Shown in pieces: positions 16,393 to 26,004 of a stretch of DNA of 64,000 nucleotides; within the stretch, counting starts at the first letter, position 1, and every line of letters begins with the position of its first letter. The position numbers and the translations under genes are program-made. Source of the stretch: an uncultured Eubacteriales bacterium (lineage in GTDB: Bacteria; Bacillota; Clostridia; Oscillospirales; Acutalibacteraceae); contig CARTIQ010000005.1 in NCBI GenBank assembly GCA_949068525.1, positions 292-64,291 on the forward strand, read 5' to 3'. Below the pieces are notes generated by a model. That model was not told where the DNA came from. It worked only from the letters and a program-made list of their open reading frames with translations, and did not search any database.

Positions 16393-17463
16393 ATGGAACG
16401 AAAAGACATGATAACCGCGCCACAACAGTTCTCGATGCTATTTTTAGTCAATATAATCATAGGAATAACCTACAATCTGCCAATGGCGCAAAGCAGCAAC
16501 ATGTGGGACCACGTCATCTCAGCGGGAATAGCACTTTTAATAAATGTGGGGTACCTCCTGCCGGTGTATAAGCTATATAAAATAAACCCTACAATGAACA
16601 TAGCAGACAATTGCGCGGTAAATTTCAAAAAATTAGGGACATTATTCTTGATAATTTATGGAATCTACTACCTTTTTGCGTGCTGTTACACACTGTCACT
16701 TTTTAACATCTTTGTGCGAGACGTTGTAAATCCGGATATTTCGCTCTTTATGCTAACGCTATGCGTGATCCTAGCAGCATCCTATGCAACATGCAAGGGG
16801 ATAGAAGGCATAGCGCGGGCCTGCACAATAATATTGTTCATCATTTGTGTATCGATTGCATTTATAGTTTTTACGCTGATCCCTCAAATTGACGTGATGA
16901 ACTTTCCGCCATTGATGTTTGAAGGGTTAAGGGACACACTCAACGGCACTGTATATTTGGCCTCGCTATCATTTTATATACCGCTATCTGCGACAATTAC
17001 ACCATTTGTCAAGGGTAATATAAAGAAAACTCTAATAGCATCGACCGTATCGATTTATGCACTGTTTATTTTGGTAATAGCAGTAGTTACGGGCGCACTA
17101 GGAGATTATCTAAAAACTCAGAACTTCCCGATATACACAGCAACAAGCGTGGCTGGAATAGGCGTATTTAAAAGAATGGATGCTATTTATCTAGGAATTT
17201 TCACTTCTGGGCTCTTTATAACAGTTTCGCTATTTTTGTTTGCGTTTTTTTCGGTAATGAAGCGGCTGTTTGGCGAAGGCAAAAGCAAGATAATAATATT
17301 TTTGGGTGACGTATTGGTGCTCGTTTTAAGCTTAGTTTTACCGGTGTTTAAGGAAGTTTTGTATTTTTTTTACGACATAAAATTTGTTTTCATATTCACT
17401 ATGGCAACGGCGTTTGTGATTCCGCTGGTAATTTTAATAAAGCACAAAATGCAGATAAAGTGA
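16393..17463 (+). CDS. spore germination protein, GerAB-type (APC-superfamily permease-like B subunit)
   Basis: The protein is 356 aa and polytopic (~10 TM). Its position between the A and C subunits fits a B subunit. RBS AAGGAG lies upstream. Confidence 0.8.
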   Translation: MERKDMITAPQQFSMLFLVNIIIGITYNLPMAQSSNMWDHVISAGIALLINVGYLLPVYKLYKINPTMNIADNCAVNFKKLGTLFLIIYGIYYLFACCYTLSLFNIFVRDVVNPDISLFMLTLCVILAASYATCKGIEGIARACTIILFIICVSIAFIVFTLIPQIDVMNFPPLMFEGLRDTLNGTVYLASLSFYIPLSATITPFVKGNIKKTLIASTVSIYALFILVIAVVTGALGDYLKTQNFPIYTATSVAGIGVFKRMDAIYLGIFTSGLFITVSLFLFAFFSVMKRLFGEGKSKIIIFLGDVLVLVLSLVLPVFKEVLYFFYDIKFVFIFTMATAFVIPLVILIKHKMQIK

Positions 17464-17475
17464 GGGTTTGCAAGA

Positions 17476-18609
17476 ATGAGGGAAACAACGATCACAAAAA
17501 AGATTGTAATTTTACTGGAGTTATTGTTGGTGTGCTTTCTGTGCGGATGCAACCAGGTGGCGGGTTTAGACGAGCAGTTAATAGTCTATGGAATCGGGGT
17601 GGATAAAACCGAAGATGCTTACGAATTAACTGTGCAGGTGCTGAATACCCAAACGACGTCGGAGGCAAACTCGCAGGAGGATGGCAAAGCCATAATAAAC
17701 ATATCGGCAACGGCGCCGACCTTGATTGAAGCCGTAAACAAAATTGAGAACCAGACAGGCAAAAAGATATTATATTCTCACGCAATAGTCTTAATAGTCG
17801 GCCAGGAGACGGCAAAATCCGGGATAAAAGAAATTATAAGATTTTTTTCTACAAACCATAAACTTCGCCCAACGGTAGAGGTGCTAATCTCGAGTATAAC
17901 GGCAAAAGATGTGTTTTCAAATGAGGGCAACGGGGATATAGTTAACGCAGAGGACATTGTATCGATATCACAAATAGGCAAAGAGAACGACGATGGCATA
18001 AATTCTAACATTCGATATATTTTAAGTGACCTTGAAAATCCGCAAAAAGCAGCAAAAGTGTGGCTTCTTGAATATAATAAAGATGAGGGAAAGGTGGCTT
18101 GTCCTAAAGTTGCACTGTTTAAGTCCGACAAGCTAACAGATGTTCTGAATGAAGAGAGCACGAAGGGGATGCTTTTGATCTATAAAAAAGCTAAAAATAT
18201 TGTGGACAGTGTAAACGTGAATGACGCGCAGCTATCCTATGAGTTGAGCAAAGCAAAGTCAAAAATAGACGTGAGTTTTGATAGCAAAAAACCGGTGTTT
18301 AACATAAGTTTGTGTGCGGATTTAGAATTATACAACGCGGACAATCTGGCAGCAAATAGCGGGATCAAGCTGGTTATCGAAAAGAGGCTTGCGGAATTAA
18401 TGCAGAAAGCCATTGATTGGGGCATAAAAAAGAACGGTTGTGATATATTTAACTTTTGTCGATACATTATGAACGCAAACCCCAGCTTTTTTAAGGAAAA
18501 CTTAGCAAATATGGAGGAAATCCTAAAGTCAGCAGATTATGAAATTAACGCACAGGCCAAAATTAGATATATGGGTGCAAATCAGAAGATAAGCAGCTTG
18601 GTTTATTAA
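17476..18609 (+). CDS. Ger(x)C-family germination lipoprotein (C subunit)
   Basis: A signal peptide with lipobox LCGC is followed by N (…LLVCFLCGCNQ). Length and operon position fit a C subunit. Confidence 0.8.
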   Translation: MRETTITKKIVILLELLLVCFLCGCNQVAGLDEQLIVYGIGVDKTEDAYELTVQVLNTQTTSEANSQEDGKAIINISATAPTLIEAVNKIENQTGKKILYSHAIVLIVGQETAKSGIKEIIRFFSTNHKLRPTVEVLISSITAKDVFSNEGNGDIVNAEDIVSISQIGKENDDGINSNIRYILSDLENPQKAAKVWLLEYNKDEGKVACPKVALFKSDKLTDVLNEESTKGMLLIYKKAKNIVDSVNVNDAQLSYELSKAKSKIDVSFDSKKPVFNISLCADLELYNADNLAANSGIKLVIEKRLAELMQKAIDWGIKKNGCDIFNFCRYIMNANPSFFKENLANMEEILKSADYEINAQAKIRYMGANQKISSLVY

Positions 18610-18633
18610 GCGGCACCGCGATTTCTCGCTTCC

Positions 18634-18662
18634 TTGAAAATAATTTTAAGCTACGCTATAAT
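18634..18662 (+). promoter_or_regulatory. consensus sigma-A promoter upstream of hprK
   Basis: TTGAAA (18634-18639), a 17-nt spacer, then TATAAT (18657-18662). Confidence 0.6.
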
Positions 18663-18707
18663 GTTTTTATAAATATGGTGTGGAAAAACAAAGTGGCGGG
18701 TGATAAA

Positions 18708-19676
18708 ATGTCGAACAATTTTTCGGTATCGTTAACAAACATCATAAACAGCATGGGGCTGAATATCGCGTTTATGCCGAATGACCCGGACAAAATTTTA
18801 ATATCCGAAAAGGACATTAACCGTTTGGGACTGGAGCTAACCGGATTTTTTGACTATTTTAATAGCACTCGGTTGGTTGTTATGGGGAGAACGGAAAACG
18901 CATATTTGTCAGGCTTAACAAGTGAAGAGCGGTATAAAATATTAGATGGAATCTTTGCGTTTGAGCCACCCGCAGTAATAATCACGAAGAATATTGAGCC
19001 ATACCCTGAGCTTATCAAGGCGGCGAAGAAGAGTTTTATCCCGATTCTTCGCACATCCGAGATGACTTCGAACTTTATTGCTGATATTGTAGAGTTTTTG
19101 GACGTAAAATTGGCGCCGCGTATCACGAGGCATGGCGTACTGGTAGAGGTTTATGGCCAGGGAATATATATTATCGGTGATAGCGGAGTTGGTAAGAGCG
19201 AGACGGCAATAGAACTGATTCAAAGGGGACATCGTCTGGTTGCAGATGATTCGGTGCAAATAAGAAAAATTAACGACAAGAAGCTCACAGGATCTGCACC
19301 AAAAAACCTTCGGCATTTTATTGAGCTGCGCGGCGTAGGCATTATTGATGCTAGGAGCATTTTTGGGATGGGTTCTGTAAAGGTGACGCAGGAGATCGAC
19401 ATGGTGGTTAACCTCGAGATGTGGGATAGGGCCAAGATTTACGATAGAATAGGCATAGAAAACGAATATGCAAAAATTCTGGGAGTGAATATTCCGATTG
19501 TGACAATTCCGGTAACACCCGGCCGAAATTTGGCAATTATTGTGGAAGTAGCTGCTATGAATAATCGGCAAAAGAAGATGGGCTATAACGCAGCTAAAGA
19601 GCTGCTGGATGGCTTGGGAATGGACTATTTTAATAATGATATCGTTACAAATAACCAAATAAAGCTAAACATTTAA
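18708..19676 (+). CDS. hprK: HPr kinase/phosphorylase
   Basis: The ORF runs from 18675; ATG 18708 is the probable start. The P-loop GDSGVGKSE is present, followed by LI.RGH.LVADD and ELRG.GIID. Confidence 0.9.
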   Translation: MSNNFSVSLTNIINSMGLNIAFMPNDPDKILISEKDINRLGLELTGFFDYFNSTRLVVMGRTENAYLSGLTSEERYKILDGIFAFEPPAVIITKNIEPYPELIKAAKKSFIPILRTSEMTSNFIADIVEFLDVKLAPRITRHGVLVEVYGQGIYIIGDSGVGKSETAIELIQRGHRLVADDSVQIRKINDKKLTGSAPKNLRHFIELRGVGIIDARSIFGMGSVKVTQEIDMVVNLEMWDRAKIYDRIGIENEYAKILGVNIPIVTIPVTPGRNLAIIVEVAAMNNRQKKMGYNAAKELLDGLGMDYFNNDIVTNNQIKLNI

Positions 19677-19745
19677 TTTCAAAATTAGAAAAATAATAAA
19701 GAAGAAAGTTAAAACGAGAAAAATTTTGTGATTAACGGAGGAATT

Positions 19746-20663
19746 ATGGGCAGCAGAGAATGTGAGAGAGCTGTTGAGGCGCTGGCGGAATTAAACTTAA
19801 ATTTGAATATACTGAAAAAGGAGCCGATGTCAAAGCATACGTCATTTAAAATTGGCGGCGATGCGGATATTTTTATAACGGTAAATTCTAAGGACGACTT
19901 GGTTGTGGTTATAGAGGTTTTAAATGAGTTCAAAATTCCGTTTTTGGTTGTTGGCAACGGGTCTAACCTTTTGGTGAGTGACGATGGCATCCGTGGGGCG
20001 GTGATTAAACTTGGGGGCGACTTTAATAAAATCACCTTAGAGAGCGATGATACAATTAAGTGTGGCGCTGGGACTGCGCTTTCGAGGCTGTGCACTTTTG
20101 CTTTGCAAGAATCCCTTAGCGGACTGGAGTTTGCTTATGGGATTCCGGGCAAAGTCGGCGGAGCTGTCTTCATGAACGCGGGCGCTTATGGAGAAGAGAT
20201 TAAGGACATAATTGTTTCTGCCGAGAGCATAACCTATTCTGGCGAGATTATAAAAAGAACCGCAGACGAGATGGCTTTGTCGTATAGGAACAGCTTGTAC
20301 AGGGATGTTGATGAGATTATTTTGTCGGTAAAATTTAGGCTAGAACCAGGAGACAAACTACATATAAAAGAGAGAATGGATGGATATATAGCTAGGCGTA
20401 AAGAAAAGCAGCCATTAAATTACCCCAACGCAGGGAGCATTTTTAAAAGGCCGGTGGGTAATTTTGCCGGTACGCTAATTCAAAATTGCGGATTGCAAGG
20501 TACCAAAATCGGCGGAGCAATGGTTAGCACCAAACATGCGGGGTTTATAGTAAACCAGGGGGAAGCCACTTGCAACGATGTGGTAAGATTGATTAATCAT
20601 ATTAAAGAAACTGTGATGAAAAAAACCGGTGTAGCGCTCGAATGTGAGGTAATCATCATTTGA
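19746..20663 (+). CDS. murB: UDP-N-acetylenolpyruvoylglucosamine reductase
   Basis: The ORF runs from 19728; ATG 19746 follows GGAGG. Motifs present: HTSFKIGG.AD, VGNGSNLL, AGAYG, YR.S and GS.FKRP. Confidence 0.9.
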   Translation: MGSRECERAVEALAELNLNLNILKKEPMSKHTSFKIGGDADIFITVNSKDDLVVVIEVLNEFKIPFLVVGNGSNLLVSDDGIRGAVIKLGGDFNKITLESDDTIKCGAGTALSRLCTFALQESLSGLEFAYGIPGKVGGAVFMNAGAYGEEIKDIIVSAESITYSGEIIKRTADEMALSYRNSLYRDVDEIILSVKFRLEPGDKLHIKERMDGYIARRKEKQPLNYPNAGSIFKRPVGNFAGTLIQNCGLQGTKIGGAMVSTKHAGFIVNQGEATCNDVVRLINHIKETVMKKTGVALECEVIII

Positions 20664-20738
20664 AAGGGCACTCTTGTTGTTAAAAATGGCGCTAAAGTTA
20701 AAAATTTGAGAAAGATCAAAACGAGGGAGGCTTGAGTT

Positions 20739-21602
20739 ATGGAGTTCCTTTTTGTGACGGGATTATCGGGTGCAGGGAAGACCCAGGCATTGCATGCCTT
20801 GGAGGATATTGGCTTTTACTGCGTCGATAATATCCCGACCAAGCTGATTTCGACTTTTTATGACCTATGCCAGAAGTCTTCGGATAAAAACATGCGAAGG
20901 GTTGCTGCAGTTATTGATATCCGCGGGGAAAATTTTTTGGAGGGTTCCTTTGAGTCGCTTGAAAAACTTAAGGAGAACAGAAAAAATTATAAGGTATTGT
21001 TTTTGGATGCGCGAGAAGATGTGCTAGTTCAGCGGTATAAAGAATCCCGAAGAAGGCACCCGTTAGCCGAGAATTATCATGGTGCCATTCAAAAAGCTAT
21101 ACGGTTTGAGCGAGAGCTTTTGACTTCTATAAAGAATTCTGCGGACTATTTGATAGATACTTCGTTTTTGTCATCAGCACAGCTTAAAAAGAGGATAGCA
21201 TCGCTGTTTTTGGATGACTCTTCAAACGCACTTACGGTTACATGTATGTCTTTTGGTTTTAAACATGGCTTACCGACTGAAGCAGACTTGGTCTTTGACG
21301 TTAGATGCCTGCCAAACCCCTATTATATAGACGAGATGAGAAATTTGACTGGCCTGGATGAGCTGGTAGCGGAGTATGTGCTAAACGGAGAAGAGACGAA
21401 AGGGTTTATTGAAAGGACGGTCTCGCTGATTGACTATATGCTACCACTTTATTGCAACGAAGGCAAAAGTCAGCTGGTGATAGCAATTGGTTGTACAGGC
21501 GGACATCACCGCTCAGTGGCGATTGCGCAGTATCTTTATAATCACCTGCTTGACGCCGGCCATCACATCGTTATCAACCACAGGGACATAAACAAAAATT
21601 GA
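20739..21602 (+). CDS. rapZ: RNase adapter protein RapZ (YvcJ family, P-loop NTPase)
   Basis: The start MEFLFVTGLSGAGKTQALHALEDIGFYCVDNIP is characteristic. The C-terminal IGCTGGHHRSV motif is also present. Confidence 0.9.
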   Translation: MEFLFVTGLSGAGKTQALHALEDIGFYCVDNIPTKLISTFYDLCQKSSDKNMRRVAAVIDIRGENFLEGSFESLEKLKENRKNYKVLFLDAREDVLVQRYKESRRRHPLAENYHGAIQKAIRFERELLTSIKNSADYLIDTSFLSSAQLKKRIASLFLDDSSNALTVTCMSFGFKHGLPTEADLVFDVRCLPNPYYIDEMRNLTGLDELVAEYVLNGEETKGFIERTVSLIDYMLPLYCNEGKSQLVIAIGCTGGHHRSVAIAQYLYNHLLDAGHHIVINHRDINKN

Positions 21603-21645
21603 GCTGGGGCTTGGGTTTATTGTGTTGGCTGAAGGAGGCAGTTAA

Positions 21646-22557
21646 GTGACATTTTCGGCAAGAGTTAAGAACGAACTATGTAAAGAGAGCCGACTGTTTA
21701 ATGCGCACTCCCTTTTTTTACTGTACGGTATACTTTTATTTTCGAGAAATTTCAAGCTCTCGGAGATATCATTTCACACGGAGAACGAAAACATAAGCAA
21801 CCTTGTGTATGAGCTGCTGGTGCAGAATTTTGACTGCGTAGTGGATGTTGAATTTTCTGGCACAGACAAAAAAGAAAATATTATTTTGAAGGTTTCTAAA
21901 GAGTGCGATAGAAAAGCGATTTTGACTCGATTTGGCCACTTAAAAAAGGACGAAATAAACCTGAAAATAAACAAAGAGCTGCTGAAAACCCAAGAAGACG
22001 TAAAAATTTTTTTAAAAGGCGTGTTTATCACTTGTGGAACAGTAACAGACCCTCAAAACGGGTATCATTTGGAGTTTTGTGTGCCTTATATGAATCTGTC
22101 CAAATGCTTGTTCGAGGTTTTAACGTCCCTAAAAAATGTGCAGCTAAAGGTAAAAAGTACCACTCGAAAGGGAGTTTTTGTGATTTACATAAAGGATAGC
22201 TCCGATATAACAGACTTTTTGGCGTATATTGGTGCGCCGCTTTGCGCTATGGACTTTATGCAAATTAAGATGGTTAAAGAGGTCCGCAATTACGTTAACA
22301 GGACGACGAACTTTGAAGCAGCAAATATTAGCAAAATTGCAGCGGCCTCTACTGCGCAGATAGCCGCGATAAAAAACATAAAGAAGTCTGGCAAGTTTAA
22401 TTGTTTGAGCGACGACTTAAAGGAACTGGCAAATTTGCGTATTGCAAACCCAGAAATGTCGCTAAGAGAGTTGGGGAAAAACCTTTCGACTCCGCTTACA
22501 CGATCTGGTGTTAACCATAAAATGAAAAAGCTTTTGAGTATGAGTGAACATATCTAA
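21646..22557 (+). CDS. whiA: DNA-binding protein WhiA
   Basis: The GTG start follows GAAGGAGG. The N-terminus FSARVKNEL, a LAGLIDADG-like middle region, and a C-terminal HTH (…LRI.NPE.SL.ELG…LTRSGVNH..KKL) fit WhiA. Confidence 0.9.
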   Translation: MTFSARVKNELCKESRLFNAHSLFLLYGILLFSRNFKLSEISFHTENENISNLVYELLVQNFDCVVDVEFSGTDKKENIILKVSKECDRKAILTRFGHLKKDEINLKINKELLKTQEDVKIFLKGVFITCGTVTDPQNGYHLEFCVPYMNLSKCLFEVLTSLKNVQLKVKSTTRKGVFVIYIKDSSDITDFLAYIGAPLCAMDFMQIKMVKEVRNYVNRTTNFEAANISKIAAASTAQIAAIKNIKKSGKFNCLSDDLKELANLRIANPEMSLRELGKNLSTPLTRSGVNHKMKKLLSMSEHI

Positions 22558-22595
22558 ATTTAAAATTGTCCTAAAAACGCAGCACCCGCATAAAA

Positions 22596-23345
22596 ATGTT
22601 ATGGGGTGATATTTTGAAAAAATTGAAATGGGGCAATGACACCGTTTTTTATTCTCTAGTCTTGTGCGGATATATTGCCTTTTCGGCTTTAATTTTGAAT
22701 GCATGTTTTTTGCATGCTTCACGGCAGGCCTCTTTGAAGGGAGGTTCATATTTTCCGACGATTATACTTGATGCAGGGCACGGAGGAGTTGATAGCGGTG
22801 CAGTGGGGCTTAATAACGTGCTTGAAAAGGACATAAATTTAGATATTGTGCTCAAACTTAAAAGCTTGTTTGAAGTTTCGGGCTTTAACATAAAAATGAC
22901 GCGGGATGAGGATGAGTCTATACATAGCGAAAATTCGAACACGATCCGGTCTAAGAAGGTTTCAGATTTAAAGAACCGTCTGAGCATGATAAACAGCGAC
23001 CCGAGCAACTTGCTGATAAGTGTTCACCAGAACAAGTTTGAAGACAGCAAGTATAAGGGAGCGCAGGTATTTTACTCGAAGAATAATCCGCAGAGCCAAG
23101 AGCTTGCACAGAGCATCCGAGCTTCGTTTTTAGCTTTTATCCAAAAGGATAATAACCGTGAAATAAAGCCCTCTCCAAAAGGAGTTTTTCTTTTGAATAA
23201 ATCTACCGTTCCGGCGGTTATCGTTGAATGCGGATTTTTGTCGAACAGCGAGGACGTGAGGAATTTGCTGGATAAAAAATATCAGTCGAAGCTAGCTTTT
23301 GCAATTTTTTGCGGTTTTTTGGACTACTGGCGTAAATCAGGGTGA
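22596..23345 (+). CDS. cwlD: N-acetylmuramoyl-L-alanine amidase CwlD (Amidase_3, spore cortex muramic-lactam formation)
   Basis: Motifs ILDAGHGG.DSGA…EKDINL…, S.H.N and ECGFLSN are present, with an N-terminal TM helix. TTG 22614 (after GGGGTGA) is an alternative start. Confidence 0.85.
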   Translation: MLWGDILKKLKWGNDTVFYSLVLCGYIAFSALILNACFLHASRQASLKGGSYFPTIILDAGHGGVDSGAVGLNNVLEKDINLDIVLKLKSLFEVSGFNIKMTRDEDESIHSENSNTIRSKKVSDLKNRLSMINSDPSNLLISVHQNKFEDSKYKGAQVFYSKNNPQSQELAQSIRASFLAFIQKDNNREIKPSPKGVFLLNKSTVPAVIVECGFLSNSEDVRNLLDKKYQSKLAFAIFCGFLDYWRKSG

Positions 23346-25673
23346 GTCGGACAGACTTATTGCAATCACTGTTATATCGTCGTCGAACTCATCGGACGTG
23401 TTTTTTACAATTTTCTTTACGATAGAATCCGCGATTTGTTGGGGGTCTTGATTCTCCCAACTTTTTAAAGTATCCTCAAGCCACTCATCACTTTTAGAAA
23501 CTGCTCCATCCGAGACCATAAGTATTTTGTCATTAGCTGCAAGAGTGTTAGTGCTTTGCGAGATGTTAACGTCCTTCAATATGCCAATAGGCAAGGAATT
23601 TGGCATGTGACGAATCACGTTTTCACCTCTTTTAATTAATGTAAGTGGAGCGCCAGCCTTTAAAAGCTTTGTAGTTCCTGTAAATAAGTCCACACAGAGG
23701 ATGTCTAGGGTGGACAAAAACTCGTCTTCTGACTTTATCAACAGTAAAGAGTTGGTTATCTTGACCGCGGTAGGGAGGTTTATTCCAGCCTTTATTAGGT
23801 CTTCCATGATTCGGCAAGCCATTGCCCCCTCGACAGCGGCTCGTCCGCCAGTTCCCATGCCATCGCTTAATATAACAACTATGTGTCCGGCGCCATCATT
23901 AAAATATGTATAATTATCTCCACACAGCACACCGTTTTTGCAAATGTGTTGGGCGATACCAACGTGAACGTTAAAAGCTGGTTTTTCTACTAGCTGTATT
24001 TTGCAAGCACTAAAATTGGAAGTAACGGTGGGGGAGTCAAGCCTTTTTTGGCAGATCCTTGATAGCTTTTTTGAAAGATTCACTTTTTCGAAATTGCCGT
24101 TATTAACTGTTCCAGTAACTTCTATTTCTATAGAGATCCGACCGTATTCATCGTATCTGCAGCAAACATCAAGCGGGGCAAAACCGAGAGCTTTAAGTTT
24201 TGCGGTAATTTTCTGGGCTAGTTTGGTGTCAAAAGTACTGCAATTTTTAACTCCATCAATAATGTCAGAAAGTAAAAGCCCAACATCGCAGAATTGTTCT
24301 GAGACAAAATCACGCACTTGAGAAACCCTGCTTTCTGCAACTTTCTTTTTGGACATTTCATCATAAAACAAGTTGATGTTACTTGTTATTTCGGCAGCTC
24401 GGCCGCACCTTTGTGAAAAACTCGAAGGCAAATCGTTTGCAGTTATTTTTCCTTTTTCGCACAAAATTTCGTTAATCTTCGAAAACGAACTAAGAGTATC
24501 TGTAGTTTTAGAGTCAAAGCAGAAGCTTCGAAGCCCGCAGCTGCTGCAGACTTTATGAACCGCCGCTGAGTATATATCGCAACTTTTGCTGACATTAATT
24601 TTAGTCAAATTTTCGGCAACTGAATTAATCGTGCTAGAGATGTTAATTAATGCCCGAGAAGCAGAATTTAGACGCATCGCTACAGCATTTTTGAAGCTTT
24701 GCTCTTGCTCATAACGATTAAGTTGGGCAGTAAAAAAGTTTGTAAATTTTTCCCCTATATCATCGCGCAAAAAAAGAAAAATTAAGCTAGCAGCAAGAAT
24801 TTCATAAATACCAGAAATAATAATGGCAGGATCATAGGCCTGGTTAGAGATAATCATGCTAGAAGTCAAGAAAGCTAGGCAACAAGCCATTTTACCAAAG
24901 CAAGCAACAAATCCAGCAATCAGGCCACCAAAAGCGTATGCACCCATAATATAGGTTGGTTCCTTAAAGGCAAGCCCTAACAGCACCCCTGCGGTGGTCC
25001 CGGCGATGCTACCGCCGACTATGCCTAGATATTTTGCACAAAACATTATTACCAAAATTGCCAAAACCTTGCCAATAGAAATGCACCCCAAATTTACCGT
25101 CAGCAGGGACAAAATTACCATAAAAGTTGTCATGCAGATGCAGACAAAGTCTGCTTGATCTATGGTTCTGTTTTGTGCCGATAAAATATTTGTGGCTTCA
25201 GAAAAGAAATAAGCCGCGCCTCCTGATAAAATGGCCTCCGAAAGGCAGATCATAACCTCGCTAAAGTCGGCTGTGTTAAATATATTAATTGCAAAACCAG
25301 TGGCAATGATGGTTGCAAAAGAATGAATCGGTGCAAACAGTTTGCTGGTTTTAACTTTGGGCAAATCGTTTAACGTCCAGCGGATGGCGCAAATGGCAAC
25401 AGCAGTAGACACATAGCGGATGCCAAAGTGAACCTCACTTGGTAAAATGTAGCCGATTATAACGCCTAAAAAGCTAAAAAACATATTATTATAAGGCACG
25501 GCAGCTAAGAAGGAACTCCCAAACGGCGCGTATGCGCCAAAAGCAACACCTTTGGATATGAATACCCCTAGAATAAAGCACACGGTGTTTTCTGCCAAGA
25601 TTTTTGCATGGTCTGCCGGTAGTAGATTTTTTATATTTTGACTGGCCGACCCGATTAAGCTGGTACTTTTCAT
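23337..25673 (-). CDS. spoIIE: stage II sporulation protein E (polytopic membrane PP2C phosphatase)
   Basis: The protein is 778 aa. About 10 N-terminal TM helices are followed by a central regulatory region and a C-terminal PP2C domain (CGDNY…VILSDGMGTGGRA…L.MVSDG…DD.T). Confidence 0.92.
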   Translation of the reverse strand: MKSTSLIGSASQNIKNLLPADHAKILAENTVCFILGVFISKGVAFGAYAPFGSSFLAAVPYNNMFFSFLGVIIGYILPSEVHFGIRYVSTAVAICAIRWTLNDLPKVKTSKLFAPIHSFATIIATGFAINIFNTADFSEVMICLSEAILSGGAAYFFSEATNILSAQNRTIDQADFVCICMTTFMVILSLLTVNLGCISIGKVLAILVIMFCAKYLGIVGGSIAGTTAGVLLGLAFKEPTYIMGAYAFGGLIAGFVACFGKMACCLAFLTSSMIISNQAYDPAIIISGIYEILAASLIFLFLRDDIGEKFTNFFTAQLNRYEQEQSFKNAVAMRLNSASRALINISSTINSVAENLTKINVSKSCDIYSAAVHKVCSSCGLRSFCFDSKTTDTLSSFSKINEILCEKGKITANDLPSSFSQRCGRAAEITSNINLFYDEMSKKKVAESRVSQVRDFVSEQFCDVGLLLSDIIDGVKNCSTFDTKLAQKITAKLKALGFAPLDVCCRYDEYGRISIEIEVTGTVNNGNFEKVNLSKKLSRICQKRLDSPTVTSNFSACKIQLVEKPAFNVHVGIAQHICKNGVLCGDNYTYFNDGAGHIVVILSDGMGTGGRAAVEGAMACRIMEDLIKAGINLPTAVKITNSLLLIKSEDEFLSTLDILCVDLFTGTTKLLKAGAPLTLIKRGENVIRHMPNSLPIGILKDVNISQSTNTLAANDKILMVSDGAVSKSDEWLEDTLKSWENQDPQQIADSIVKKIVKNTSDEFDDDITVIAISLSDSP

Positions 25674-26004
25674 TTACATCCCCCACTGTTTGGAATAATT
25701 TACCTCAAAGCTAATTTAAATTATAAGCAAAAGCAAAGTCACAGCTTGTCTTAACATGCTGCAGCTTTTTGGGGTTTTATGAAAGGGGAGCGCGAGAAAT
25801 ATGAAAAAAGCAGCTAAAATAAGATAAAAATGTAAAAGCGTGGCGCTATCCAAAGAGGAAAAAATATGCTATAATAAAAACCGGTTAAAATGTCTGCAGA
25901 ATAATAGCATGGCGGCGGGGGTTATGCAGGATATGCTGTTATGAATAATTTTTGTGTGATTTTAAAAAATAATCCCAAATAAAGCAACAAGGCGGGAATA
26001 AATA

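Noticed and set aside
18942-19658. A 238-aa ORF on the minus strand.
   Set aside because: It is antisense to hprK, whose P-loop and family motifs are unambiguous. This is a shadow ORF.
23337-23345. A 9-bp 3'-end overlap of convergent cwlD and spoIIE.
   Set aside because: The overlap is real in the sequence, but such short convergent overlaps are common. I could not tie it to any specific regulatory consequence.
25674-26004. Spo0A boxes (TGTCGAA / TTCGACA) in the spoIIE upstream region, and tiny ORFs there (for example MKKAAKIR).
   Set aside because: I found no exact 0A-box heptamer in this region by eye. The mini-ORFs are too short and lack support. I make no regulatory claim here.
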